Source of the DNA: Hyphomicrobiales bacterium
Lineage (GTDB): Bacteria; Pseudomonadota; Alphaproteobacteria; Rhizobiales; Beijerinckiaceae
Length of the DNA: 64,000 bases
Direction: 5' to 3'
Assembly (NCBI GenBank): GCA_027483795.1
Contig: JAIXTT010000093.1
Location: 4,238 to 68,237 of the forward strand
In this document: positions 27,783 through 36,164 of the stretch, one piece after another
Layout of the letters: each line of letters opens with the position of its first letter
How positions within the stretch are numbered: the first letter of the stretch is position 1
Program-made: the position numbers and the translations under genes
Notes under the pieces: model-generated
What the model saw: only the letters and a program-made list of their open reading frames with translations
Database searches by the model: none
What the model was told of the DNA's origin: nothing

Positions 27783-28607
27783 ATGTCCATACCTTACAGA
27801 GCCCGTCCGCAGGACGGCATCGCTTGGGTGACCGGAGCCAGCTCCGGCATCGGCCGCGCCGTTGCGCTCGAACTGGCGCGCCGCGGCTGGATCGTCGCCG
27901 TCACCGCGCGACGGGAGCCCGAGCTCGCCGCCCTCGTCAACGAGATCCGCGCGCCCGGACGAATCGTCCCGCTCGCCGCGGACGTCACCGACGCCGAGGC
28001 CGTCGCGGCGGCGGTCGCCAAGGTCGAAGCCGAATACGGCCCCGTCGTCCTGTCTTTCCTCAATGCGGGCATCTATGTCCCCGTGAGCGGGACCACGATC
28101 GACGTCGGGGTCTATCGCCGGACCTTCGACGTCAACGTCATGGGCACGGTCAATGCCCTCGCCGCCGTCCTGCCGCGCATGGCGGCGCGGGGCAGGGGAC
28201 AGATCGCCGTCAACGCCTCCGTGGCGGGCTACGGCGGCCTGCCGCGCGCGGCCGCCTATGGTGCGAGCAAGGCGGCGCTCATCAACATGGCGCAAGCGCT
28301 CAGCTTCGACGCGAACCCCGCGGGCGTCACGATCCAGATCGTCAATCCGGGCTTCGTGGAGACGCCCGCCACCGCCGTGAACGATTTCAAGATGCCGTTC
28401 CTGCTGACGACGGACGAGGCCGCGCGGCGCGTCGTCGAAGGTTTCGCGCGGGCCGGCTTCGAGATCACCTTCCCGAAGCGCTTTTCCTATCTTCTCAAGG
28501 CGCTGAACCTGTTGCCCTACGGGGCTTATCTGGCGCTGGTCGGCCGGTCCACCGGCGCGGGCGACGCTTCCGCCGGATCGGGATCGGAACCGCCGCGCTC
28601 GGGCTGA
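27783..28607 (+). CDS. short-chain dehydrogenase/reductase
   Basis: VTGASSGIGRAVA (TGxxxGxG), NAG, and the YGASKAAL catalytic Y-x3-K. Confidence 0.87.
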   Translation: MSIPYRARPQDGIAWVTGASSGIGRAVALELARRGWIVAVTARREPELAALVNEIRAPGRIVPLAADVTDAEAVAAAVAKVEAEYGPVVLSFLNAGIYVPVSGTTIDVGVYRRTFDVNVMGTVNALAAVLPRMAARGRGQIAVNASVAGYGGLPRAAAYGASKAALINMAQALSFDANPAGVTIQIVNPGFVETPATAVNDFKMPFLLTTDEAARRVVEGFARAGFEITFPKRFSYLLKALNLLPYGAYLALVGRSTGAGDASAGSGSEPPRSG

Positions 28608-29929
28608 TCCGCGAGCGCGCGGGCGAGCGCATCCGCGGCCGCACGATCGAGAGGAAAGCGGAAGACGAGCGCCACGGCGGCGATCTTCAAAAGCGACGGC
28701 AGGCCCGCATAGAGAAACGCCAACACCGTGAGCCCGCGCTCCGTCACGATCCCCTGCGCCGGGTCGAATCCCGAGGCGGCGAGGAGCGGAAAGGCGATCC
28801 CGACACCGCCGGCCAGCGCGAGCTTGGTCGCGAGCGTCCAGAACGAGATGTAGAACCCCGCGCGTTCCTCGCCCGACCGCGCCGTGTCCACGTCGATCAC
28901 GTCGGCCTGAATGGAGGCGGGGAGAACCACGTCGGCCCCGAGCGCGAATCCCGTCACCGCCGTGATCACGGCGAAGACCGCGACGTCGCCCGGCCCGAGA
29001 AACGGTGCGAAGACGAAGGCCGCGATCGCGAGCCCCATGCCGAGCGCCCAAGCGCGATGCTTCGAGGTCCGGGCCGCAAGCTTCAGCCAGATCGGCACGC
29101 CGAGAACCGCGCATGCGAAATACAGCACGAGCAGCGGCCCGACCGCGTCGGGCGCTTCGAGCCTGCGGGAAACGAAGAAGACGAACAGCGCCCCCGGCAG
29201 TCCGTTGGCGAGGCCGTTGATGAAGAAGGCGCCGAGCAGCCGCCGGAACGGCGCATTGGCGAAGACCTCCCGAAGCCCTTCCATGAAGGGCTTGCGCGCC
29301 CGACGCCGCTCGACGGGCTCGGGAACCGCGAGGACGGTGATCAACGCCGCGAGCGGAAGTCCGATCCCGACCGTCACGGCGAAGGCGTTCAGCACGTCTC
29401 TTTGGCCGGGGAGTCCGAATTGCGGGAGAAGCGCGGGCGTCGCGAGCGCGATGAAGGTACCCGCCACGGTCAGCCCTTCGCGATAGGCCGCGACGCGCGT
29501 CCGTCCCGCATAGCTGCGCGACAGTTCCGCACCCCAGGCCCCGTGTGCGATCTGCGTGGCCGTCCAGGCGATCGAGAGCAAGCCGCCCCATAGCAGCAGA
29601 TGCATCGTCGTCGCGCCCTCCGGCGGGCGAAACACCATGAAGGCCGCGGCCGCCGTCATCGGCGCGGACAGCAGCAGCCAGAGCCGGCGGCGGCCGAAGC
29701 CGGGTCGGAACCGGTCGGCGAGGATGCCCGTCACGGGGTCGCTCGCCGCATCGAGAATGCGCACGAGGAGCAGCGTTTGCCCCACCGCCGCCAAAGGCAG
29801 CCCGAGCCCTTCGGAGTAAAAGGCGGGCACCAGCACATAGAAGGGCAGCGCCAGAACCGCGAGCGGCAGCGCGGGAAGCGCATAGGCGAGCAGCGTCCCG
29901 GTCGACGGTTCGGCGGCGGGACGGCTCAT
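28526..29929 (-). CDS. MFS transporter, GPH (glycoside-pentoside-hexuronide)-like
   Basis: 467 aa with about 12 TM segments. LLLVRILDAASDPVTGILADRF is the typical GPH/MFS_2 loop 2-3 motif. Confidence 0.8.
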   Translation of the reverse strand: MSRPAAEPSTGTLLAYALPALPLAVLALPFYVLVPAFYSEGLGLPLAAVGQTLLLVRILDAASDPVTGILADRFRPGFGRRRLWLLLSAPMTAAAAFMVFRPPEGATTMHLLLWGGLLSIAWTATQIAHGAWGAELSRSYAGRTRVAAYREGLTVAGTFIALATPALLPQFGLPGQRDVLNAFAVTVGIGLPLAALITVLAVPEPVERRRARKPFMEGLREVFANAPFRRLLGAFFINGLANGLPGALFVFFVSRRLEAPDAVGPLLVLYFACAVLGVPIWLKLAARTSKHRAWALGMGLAIAAFVFAPFLGPGDVAVFAVITAVTGFALGADVVLPASIQADVIDVDTARSGEERAGFYISFWTLATKLALAGGVGIAFPLLAASGFDPAQGIVTERGLTVLAFLYAGLPSLLKIAAVALVFRFPLDRAAADALARALADQPERGGSDPDPAEASPAPVDRPTSAR

Positions 29930-29977
29930 GAGCGCGGATCCGGCCGCGAGGCGACGCGCGCGCTCTTCGCAGTCGGC

Positions 29978-31228
29978 TCAGCTCTTGGCATAGACCAATT
30001 GCCGGACGTCGATGTTCCCGGAACGGAAGCCCGCCTCGCAATAGGCAAAATAATATTCCCACATCCGACGGAAGCGTTCGTCGAAGCCCAAACCCTCGAG
30101 TTTCGGCCAAGCCGCGCGGAAATGGTCGCGCCATTCCGCGAGCGTCTTTGCGTAGTCCCAGCCGAACACGCGCTCATGCTTGAGCCCGAGGCCCGCCTGT
30201 TCCCCCAATTCCTTCATGATGCCGGGGGAGGGCAGCATGCCGCCCGGAAAGATGTAGCGGCGGATGAAGTCCACCTCGCGGCGATAGGTCGGAAAGAACC
30301 GATCCTGGATCGTGATGACCTGGATGCCCGCGCGGCCGCCGTCCTTCAGCCGCTCCGACACCTGCCGGAAGTAAGTGGGCCAATACTGCTCGCCGACCGC
30401 CTCGAACATTTCGATCGACGCGATACGATCATAACGGCCCGTCTCGTCGCGATAGTCTTGAAGTCGAATATCGACTCGTTCGTTCAAGCCGCTCTCGAAC
30501 ATACGTTTCTTCGCATATTCGAACTGCTCCGTCGAAATCGTGAGCCCGGTCACCCGGCAGCCGATCTCCTTGGCCGCATATTCCGCGAAACCGCCCCAGC
30601 CGCAGCCGATCTCGAGAACGTGATCGCCGGCGCCGATGCGGGTGTCGCGGGCGAGGGCGGCATATTTGTTCGTCTGCGCCTTGGCGAGGTCTTCCTTGCC
30701 GCTTTCATAGAGCGCGGCGGAATAGGTCATCGTCCGGTCGAGCCAAGCTTCGTAGAAGCGGTTTCCCAGATCGTAATGGGCATGGATGTTCCGGCGCGAG
30801 CCGGAGCGCGTGTTGCGGTTCATCCAATGGCGGAACTGCTGGAGCATCCGCACCCAGGGCCGTCCGTCGAGCAGCTGCGCGATCATTTCGTGATTGGCGC
30901 AGAACAATTCGAGGAAGCGGGTGAGGTCGGGCGTATCCCACTCGTCGCGCAGATAGGCTTCGGCGATGCCGATGTCGCCGCCGTCGGCGAAGCGCCGCGC
31001 GAATTGGAGATCGCGGATGACGATCTCCGCCGACGGCCCCGCTTCCGCGCCTTGGAAACGCAGAACGCGGCCGTCCGGCAGGCGCGCGTCGAGCCGACCC
31101 CGCCGGATGCGCGTGGCGAAACGGAAGGTCTGCCGCGCGACGAACGGGAGGCCCGCGATCTCGCGTTCGATCGTATCGGGCGTGACCTCGATCACGGCGG
31201 GGACGTGGATGTTCATCGTCGTGCTCAC
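29978..31228 (-). CDS. cyclopropane-fatty-acyl-phospholipid synthase family SAM-dependent enzyme
   Basis: NIHAHYDLGNRFYEAWLDRTMTYSAALY, VLEIGCGWGGFA (SAM motif I) and ASIEMFEAVGEQYW are CFA-synthase family blocks. Confidence 0.9.
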   Translation of the reverse strand: MSTTMNIHVPAVIEVTPDTIEREIAGLPFVARQTFRFATRIRRGRLDARLPDGRVLRFQGAEAGPSAEIVIRDLQFARRFADGGDIGIAEAYLRDEWDTPDLTRFLELFCANHEMIAQLLDGRPWVRMLQQFRHWMNRNTRSGSRRNIHAHYDLGNRFYEAWLDRTMTYSAALYESGKEDLAKAQTNKYAALARDTRIGAGDHVLEIGCGWGGFAEYAAKEIGCRVTGLTISTEQFEYAKKRMFESGLNERVDIRLQDYRDETGRYDRIASIEMFEAVGEQYWPTYFRQVSERLKDGGRAGIQVITIQDRFFPTYRREVDFIRRYIFPGGMLPSPGIMKELGEQAGLGLKHERVFGWDYAKTLAEWRDHFRAAWPKLEGLGFDERFRRMWEYYFAYCEAGFRSGNIDVRQLVYAKS

Positions 31229-32067
31229 GGTTCGACGCGGGAAGTTCGAGGGCGGGCCTCGGGATCGAGATCGACGAAACTTGCAGGCGCGGGCGGCGGC
31301 GGGCGGGAAACGAGCCGCATGCCCTTGAACCAGAGCCGCCCCGCTTCCCAGTGAATGCCCGCCAAGACCTTGAGGGTCAGCAGCGGTATCGAGAAGAATG
31401 CACGCAGAAGGGCGGGTGTCGTCAATATTTCCTTTTTGCCGATGAAGGTCGCCGACAACAGCGGCCCCTCGGCGTCGGTCTCGATGATGCGCAGCGCGAC
31501 CTCGTCGGTCGGCGGACGGATGCGGAACAGGTACCGCATCTCCATCCCGTTGAACGGAGAAACGTAGAACAGCTTGCCGCGTTCCTGCCTGAGACCCGCG
31601 GCGCTCAACTCGCCCTCGCGCACGGGCGCCACATAAGTGTGGCGTTCGCCGAACGTGTTCCTGACCTCGTAGAGCACGCCGCGCAGCCGATCCTCCGCGT
31701 CATGGACGAAGAAGACCGAGAGCGGGTTGAACACGAAACCCAGGATCCGCGGATAGCAGAGCAGCAGGACGCGTCCGCCTTCGACCGTCTCGCCCGCGCG
31801 GCGCAGCATGTCACGGGCATAGGAGTCGAGCGGCGTCCCGTCCCTCGCGCCGTGGTCCCTCGGGTCGAAGCCCGCGAGGTTGAAACGTCCGACGGAGAAG
31901 AACGGCGACGCACGATCCGCCTCCTCGAGGCGGGAGACGTCGATCGCAAGAGAATAGACTTCATAGGCGAAGCGATGCGTCACGGGCTTCATCCGTGCAT
32001 GCATGACCTCGCCGCGATAGAGCGCGGCGGCTTCCCGCGGGGGCGGGAAGACGGGCGTCGTCGTCAT
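31225..32067 (-). CDS. DUF1365 family protein
   Basis: The internal ATG at 32067 gives LYRGEVMHARMKPVTHRFAYEVYSLAIDV...FNLAGFDPRDHG. It overlaps both neighbours by 4 nt. DUF1365 typically accompanies CFA-synthase/amine-oxidase genes. Confidence 0.83.
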   Translation of the reverse strand: MTTTPVFPPPREAAALYRGEVMHARMKPVTHRFAYEVYSLAIDVSRLEEADRASPFFSVGRFNLAGFDPRDHGARDGTPLDSYARDMLRRAGETVEGGRVLLLCYPRILGFVFNPLSVFFVHDAEDRLRGVLYEVRNTFGERHTYVAPVREGELSAAGLRQERGKLFYVSPFNGMEMRYLFRIRPPTDEVALRIIETDAEGPLLSATFIGKKEILTTPALLRAFFSIPLLTLKVLAGIHWEAGRLWFKGMRLVSRPPPPAPASFVDLDPEARPRTSRVEP

Positions 32068-33365
32068 TCGGCCGCCTCCGCCATCGCGGGCCCCGTATTC
32101 CGCCAAGGCACGCTTGCGCCCAAGGCCTCGGCGACGCGCAGACCCGAGGCGAGGCCGTCCTCATGGAAGCCGTAGCCCTGCCACGCGCCGCAGAACCATG
32201 TCCGGCGACGCCCTTGGATTTCGTCCATGCGCTTCTGCGCGGCGATCGCCGCCTCGTCATATTGCGGATGGGCATAGTCGAACCGTCCGAACACGAGATC
32301 CTCCCGCGGGGGTTTCGGAGGATTCAACGTCACGAAGAGCGGACGGTTCTGGTCGATGTTCTGAAGCGCATTCATCCAATAGGTCACGCAGACGTCGGCA
32401 TCCGGATCGTCGCCCTGAATGACGTTCCACGCGGCCCAGGCCCGACGGCGGACGGGCATCAGGGACGGATCGCGGTGAAGCCAGACGTCGTTCGCGCGAT
32501 AGCGGATCGCGCCGAGGATCTCCCGTTCCGCGGGCGTCGCGTCGGCGAGCATCGCGAGCGTCTCGTCCGAATGGGAGGCGAAGACGATCGCGTCATGGGT
32601 CTCCGTCGCGCCCGTCGCGTCGGTCACGTGCACGCCCGCATCGGTCCGTTCGACGCGCACCACGCCCGCACCCGTCCGAATGCGGTCGCGGAACGGAGCC
32701 GTGATCTTCTCCACATAGCTCCGGCTGCCGCCCTTCACCGTGCGCCAGACCGGCCGGTTCCACTGCATCAGGTGATGGTTCTCGAAGAAGGCGACGAAGC
32801 TCGCCGCCGGAAAACCCGTCATCGCCGTCGGCGACATCGACCAGATCGCCGCGCCCATCGGCACGAGATAGCCGTCCCTGAACCGCTTGGAGAAACCGCG
32901 GACCTTGAGATAGGCGGCGAGCGTCATCCCCTCCATGAATCCCGAGGCGCGGTCCTCCCGCGCGAGCCTGTTGAAGCGCATGACTTCGACCAGCATCGAG
33001 AGATAGGCGGGCGAGAAGAAGTTCCGTCGCTGCGCGAAGAGCCCGTTCAGAACGTCGTGGGTCCGTCCGCACCATTCGAAGCGGCCGCCGTGCATGGACA
33101 GCGCGAAGCTCATGTCCGACGCCTGCGTCTCCACGCCGAGATGCGCGAAGAGCGCCGTGAGGTTCGGATAATTCATCTCGTTGTAGACGATGAAGCCCGT
33201 ATCCACCGGGATCGTCTCGCCGTCGTAGAACACGTCCACCGTGGCCGAATGCCCGCCGAGCCGCGAATTCTTCTCGTAGACCGTGATCGAGGCGCCGGAC
33301 GTGCGGGAGAGGGCGAAGGCGGCGGCGTTTCCGGCGATGCCGGTGCCGACGATGGCGATGCGCAT
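32064..33365 (-). CDS. FAD-dependent oxidoreductase (amine-oxidase-like; UfaD-type fatty-acid desaturase candidate)
   Basis: The Rossmann N-terminus is MRIAIVGTGIAGNAAAF...VYEKNSRLGGH. It is 433 aa and directly upstream of DUF1365 and the CFA-synthase-like gene. Confidence 0.86.
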   Translation of the reverse strand: MRIAIVGTGIAGNAAAFALSRTSGASITVYEKNSRLGGHSATVDVFYDGETIPVDTGFIVYNEMNYPNLTALFAHLGVETQASDMSFALSMHGGRFEWCGRTHDVLNGLFAQRRNFFSPAYLSMLVEVMRFNRLAREDRASGFMEGMTLAAYLKVRGFSKRFRDGYLVPMGAAIWSMSPTAMTGFPAASFVAFFENHHLMQWNRPVWRTVKGGSRSYVEKITAPFRDRIRTGAGVVRVERTDAGVHVTDATGATETHDAIVFASHSDETLAMLADATPAEREILGAIRYRANDVWLHRDPSLMPVRRRAWAAWNVIQGDDPDADVCVTYWMNALQNIDQNRPLFVTLNPPKPPREDLVFGRFDYAHPQYDEAAIAAQKRMDEIQGRRRTWFCGAWQGYGFHEDGLASGLRVAEALGASVPWRNTGPAMAEAAE

Positions 33366-33392
33366 CGAGTGTTCTTCTCCGAAACCGGGCGC

Positions 33393-34847
33393 TCAGGCGG
33401 CGCCCTTGAGGGACTGGAAGGCGGCGAGCGCACGGTCGCGAGCGCCTTCATGCTCGACGATCGGCCTCGGATAGGCTCCGCCGAGCTTAAGCCCGAACTG
33501 AGCGAGTCGCTCGGGCGAAGCGGTCCACGGCTTGTGGATCAGCTTTGCGGGAAGCCGCGCGAGTTCCGGAACCCAACGCCGGACATAATCTCCCTCGGGA
33601 TCGAATTTCTCGCCCTGAATGACCGGATTGAAGATCCGGAAATAGGGAGCGGCGTCCGCGCCCGATCCCGCGACCCATTGCCAGCTCGCCGGATTGCTGG
33701 CGGGGTCGGCGTCGGTCAGCGTGTCCCAGAACCATTCCTCGCCCGCTCGCCAGTCGAGAAGCAGGTGCTTCACGAGGAAGGAGGCGACGATCATCCGCAC
33801 CCGGTTGTGCATCCAGCCCGTCGTCCAGAGCTGCCGCATCCCGGCATCGACGATCGGGTAGCCCGTCCGCCCGCGCTCCCACGCCCGCAAGGCCGGCTCG
33901 TCGCAGCGCCAGGGGAAGGCGTCGAAGCGGCGATTGTAATTGGCGACGGCCAGATCGGGATTGTGGAAGAGGAGGTGATAGCCGAATTCCCGCCAGCCCA
34001 ATTCGGCCTGAAGGATTTCGAGATCGCGGTCCGAAGCGCGGCCCGCGCCCGCCCGCACCGACTGCTCGGCGGCATGCCAGACCGTCCGCGGCGAGACTTC
34101 GCCGAACCGCAGATGCGGCGAAAGGCCGGACGTGTTGTCGAGATCCGGGCGGTTGCGGAGCTCGGCATAGCCCGCGAGCCCGCTCTCCAGAAATTTCGTG
34201 AGACGCGCCCGTGCGCCCGTCTCGCCGGGGGTCCAAGCCTCGCGCAGTCCGCCCGCCCAGTCCGGCGTGGTCGGCAGGAGATCGAGGTCCGCGAGCCCGA
34301 GACCGTCGAGACCGTCGAGAGCGAAACCTGCGATGCGGGACGGCGCGGGCAACGGCATGGGGACGGGCCGGACGGCCCGCGCCGCCCGCCAGAACGGCGT
34401 GAAGACCTTCATCGGATCGCCCGCCTTGGTCGTCACCTCCCAAGGCTCGTAGAGCAGCGAACCGTTATGGCTCTTCACCGTCACGCCCGTCTCTTCGAGA
34501 TGAGCCTTCAGCGCACGATCGACCGAGATCCCGGAAGCGTCGTAGCGACGGTTCCAATGGATCTCCGTCGCGCCGGTGCGTCGGATCAGGTCCGGAACGA
34601 CGTCCGCGTCTCGCCCGCGCAAAAGCAGGAGCCTCGCGCCGCACCTCTCGAAATCCTCGGCAAGGCGGGCCAGCGAATGATGCAGCCACCAGCGCGAGGC
34701 TCCCCCGAGCCGTCGCAGCCCCGGGCTCTCCTCGTCGAGACAGTAGAAAGGAAGAACGGGGCGGCCCGTCGCGACCGCGGCGGACAAGGCCGGGTTGTCC
34801 GCAAGACGAAAATCGAAGCGGAGACGGACGAGGACGGGACGATCCAT
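33393..34847 (-). CDS. phr: deoxyribodipyrimidine photolyase
   Basis: The internal ATG at 34847 gives LVRLRFDFRLADNPAL. The FAD-binding region is TSGLSPHLRFGEVSPR...GWMHNRVRMIVASFLVKHLLLDWR...WQWVAGSGADAAPYFRIFNP. Confidence 0.92.
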   Translation of the reverse strand: MDRPVLVRLRFDFRLADNPALSAAVATGRPVLPFYCLDEESPGLRRLGGASRWWLHHSLARLAEDFERCGARLLLLRGRDADVVPDLIRRTGATEIHWNRRYDASGISVDRALKAHLEETGVTVKSHNGSLLYEPWEVTTKAGDPMKVFTPFWRAARAVRPVPMPLPAPSRIAGFALDGLDGLGLADLDLLPTTPDWAGGLREAWTPGETGARARLTKFLESGLAGYAELRNRPDLDNTSGLSPHLRFGEVSPRTVWHAAEQSVRAGAGRASDRDLEILQAELGWREFGYHLLFHNPDLAVANYNRRFDAFPWRCDEPALRAWERGRTGYPIVDAGMRQLWTTGWMHNRVRMIVASFLVKHLLLDWRAGEEWFWDTLTDADPASNPASWQWVAGSGADAAPYFRIFNPVIQGEKFDPEGDYVRRWVPELARLPAKLIHKPWTASPERLAQFGLKLGGAYPRPIVEHEGARDRALAAFQSLKGAA

Positions 34848-34906
34848 GGGGCGGATGCACTCTTTCCTGCACGACCCGTCCCGTCGGACGGCCATTACAA
34901 GGCGAT

Positions 34907-34932
34907 TACGGAGCCGTCACCGCGACGGATCA
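34907..34932 (-). promoter_or_regulatory. sigma-E (RpoE/ChrR class) type promoter candidate
   Basis: The reverse strand reads TGATCC-gtcgcggtgacggctc-CGTA (N16), about 60 nt upstream of the phr ATG. The architecture is identical to 27007-27032. Confidence 0.55.
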
Positions 34933-35058
34933 GTCCGGCGCATCGACCCGCTCGCCGAGCCGACGAAGCGCTTCCTCGCCGCCGCGAACGCCGGCGAATG
35001 ACCTGCCGCGCGCTCTGGGCTAAGCTCGACTCGTATGCGTCCAGTCCCCGAGTCCCGC

Positions 35059-35397
35059 ATGATGTTCCCTTTTCGGCTCCGCTCGGCCTCGAGTCTGGTG
35101 TTCCTCTCCGCCGTGCTTCTCGCCGCACCCGCCGGAGCGGCCGCTCCGCCGCCGCCCCCGGAGAAAGCCGCGCCCGCCAAAAAGTCGCCCCCGCCCGGTC
35201 TCACCGGAAACACCGTACCCAAATGCGAGGCGGGGACATATGCCGCGGGCGGCTTCTGCCGTCCGTCGCCGCCCGATCATTACGTGCCGAGCGGTGCGCT
35301 CTATCCGATCGCCTGCCCCAAGGGCGCGAAGGCGCCCGCCGGTGCCCGCAGCCCGACCGCCTGCGTCGATCCGAACAAGAAGGACGGCAAGAAATGA
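35059..35397 (+). CDS. small exported Cys-rich protein
   Basis: Signal-like MMFPFRLRSASSLVFLSAVLLAAPAGA, then a Pro/Ala/Lys-rich linker, then CEAGTYAAGGFC...YPIACPKGAKAP...SPTAC. An alternative start lies at 35035. Confidence 0.5.
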   Translation: MMFPFRLRSASSLVFLSAVLLAAPAGAAAPPPPPEKAAPAKKSPPPGLTGNTVPKCEAGTYAAGGFCRPSPPDHYVPSGALYPIACPKGAKAPAGARSPTACVDPNKKDGKK

Positions 35398-35523
35398 CGG
35401 AGCCGGCGCCGCGCCTGCGGCGTCGAAACGCGTCTCATGAGCGCAGAGCGCCACCGGCGGGCCGAAACTGACGCGAGGTGATGGAAACGGGTCTGCCGCG
35501 GACGGAGCGGAGACGAGGATCGA

Positions 35524-35598
35524 TGGCTCCGGCGGTAGGATTCGAACCTACGACCAACGGATTAACAGTCCGCTGCGCTACCGCTGCGCCACGCCGGA
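35524..35598 (-). tRNA. tRNA-Asn (anticodon GTT)
   Basis: The reverse complement folds as acceptor TCCGGCG/CGCCGGA, D-arm GCGC-AGCGGTA-GCGC, anticodon arm GCGGA-CTGTTAA-TCCGT, T-arm GTAGG-TTCGAAT-CCTAC, G, CCA. Confidence 0.9.
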
Positions 35599-35814
35599 AC
35601 GACCGATCCCGAGCCCGAAGGCCGGACCCGACGGTTTCAAGCGACCGCGATGAAGCGATCCCGCCGAGCGACGCGGGGATACAACGCGCTCGGCCGTTGC
35701 GCAAGCGCGTAGGCCACGAAAAATGCCGCCGTCGGTGATTCCCGAGGGTCGCCCCTTGTGCGCGGACCCTTCCGTTGCTATCGAACCCGCCTGATCCGCC
35801 TCGGCGGGTCGGGA

Positions 35815-35888
35815 GGCCTCGTGGCGGAGTGGTTACGCAGAGGACTGCAAATCCTTGCACCCCGGTTCGATTCCGGGCGAGGCCTCCA
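35815..35888 (+). tRNA. tRNA-Cys (anticodon GCA)
   Basis: Acceptor GGCCTCG/CGAGGCC, anticodon arm GAGGA-CTGCAAA-TCCTT, 4-nt variable loop, T-arm CCCGG-TTCGATT-CCGGG, T, CCA. Confidence 0.9.
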
Positions 35889-35980
35889 GATTTTCCGGCA
35901 CACTCGCCGCGTTTCATCCGAACATCGACGGAACGGCGGCGCTTCGGGGGCTCGGGAGCCCGTGCGCACGAGCGTGGCGG

Positions 35981-36022
35981 TTGACGCGCGCGCAGGTCAC
36001 GGTATCTTCCGTTGCGGAAGAT
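35981..36022 (+). promoter_or_regulatory. candidate sigma-70 promoter with overlapping inverted repeat upstream of pcm
   Basis: TTGACG (35981-86), N16, TATCTT (36003-08). An 8-bp perfect inverted repeat ATCTTCCG-TTG-CGGAAGAT (36004-36022) overlaps the -10. Confidence 0.35.
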
Positions 36023-36164
36023 TGTTCGAAGGCGGAAACCGTCGAGGCCCGACGTGCAATTCGATATCGGCCATCCTGTGAACTTGCCTTTCGTTCTGCC
36101 GTCGCGCAAAACCCCCATGCTGCTGCGGCGAAGTTTCGCCGTCCGACTCGCGGAGTGTTTCTCG

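Noticed and set aside
32163-35471. A 1102-aa plus-strand ORF.
   Set aside because: It is antisense to the FAD oxidoreductase and photolyase genes and then runs through an intergenic region. Its composition is Arg/Pro-rich and no domain is recognisable.
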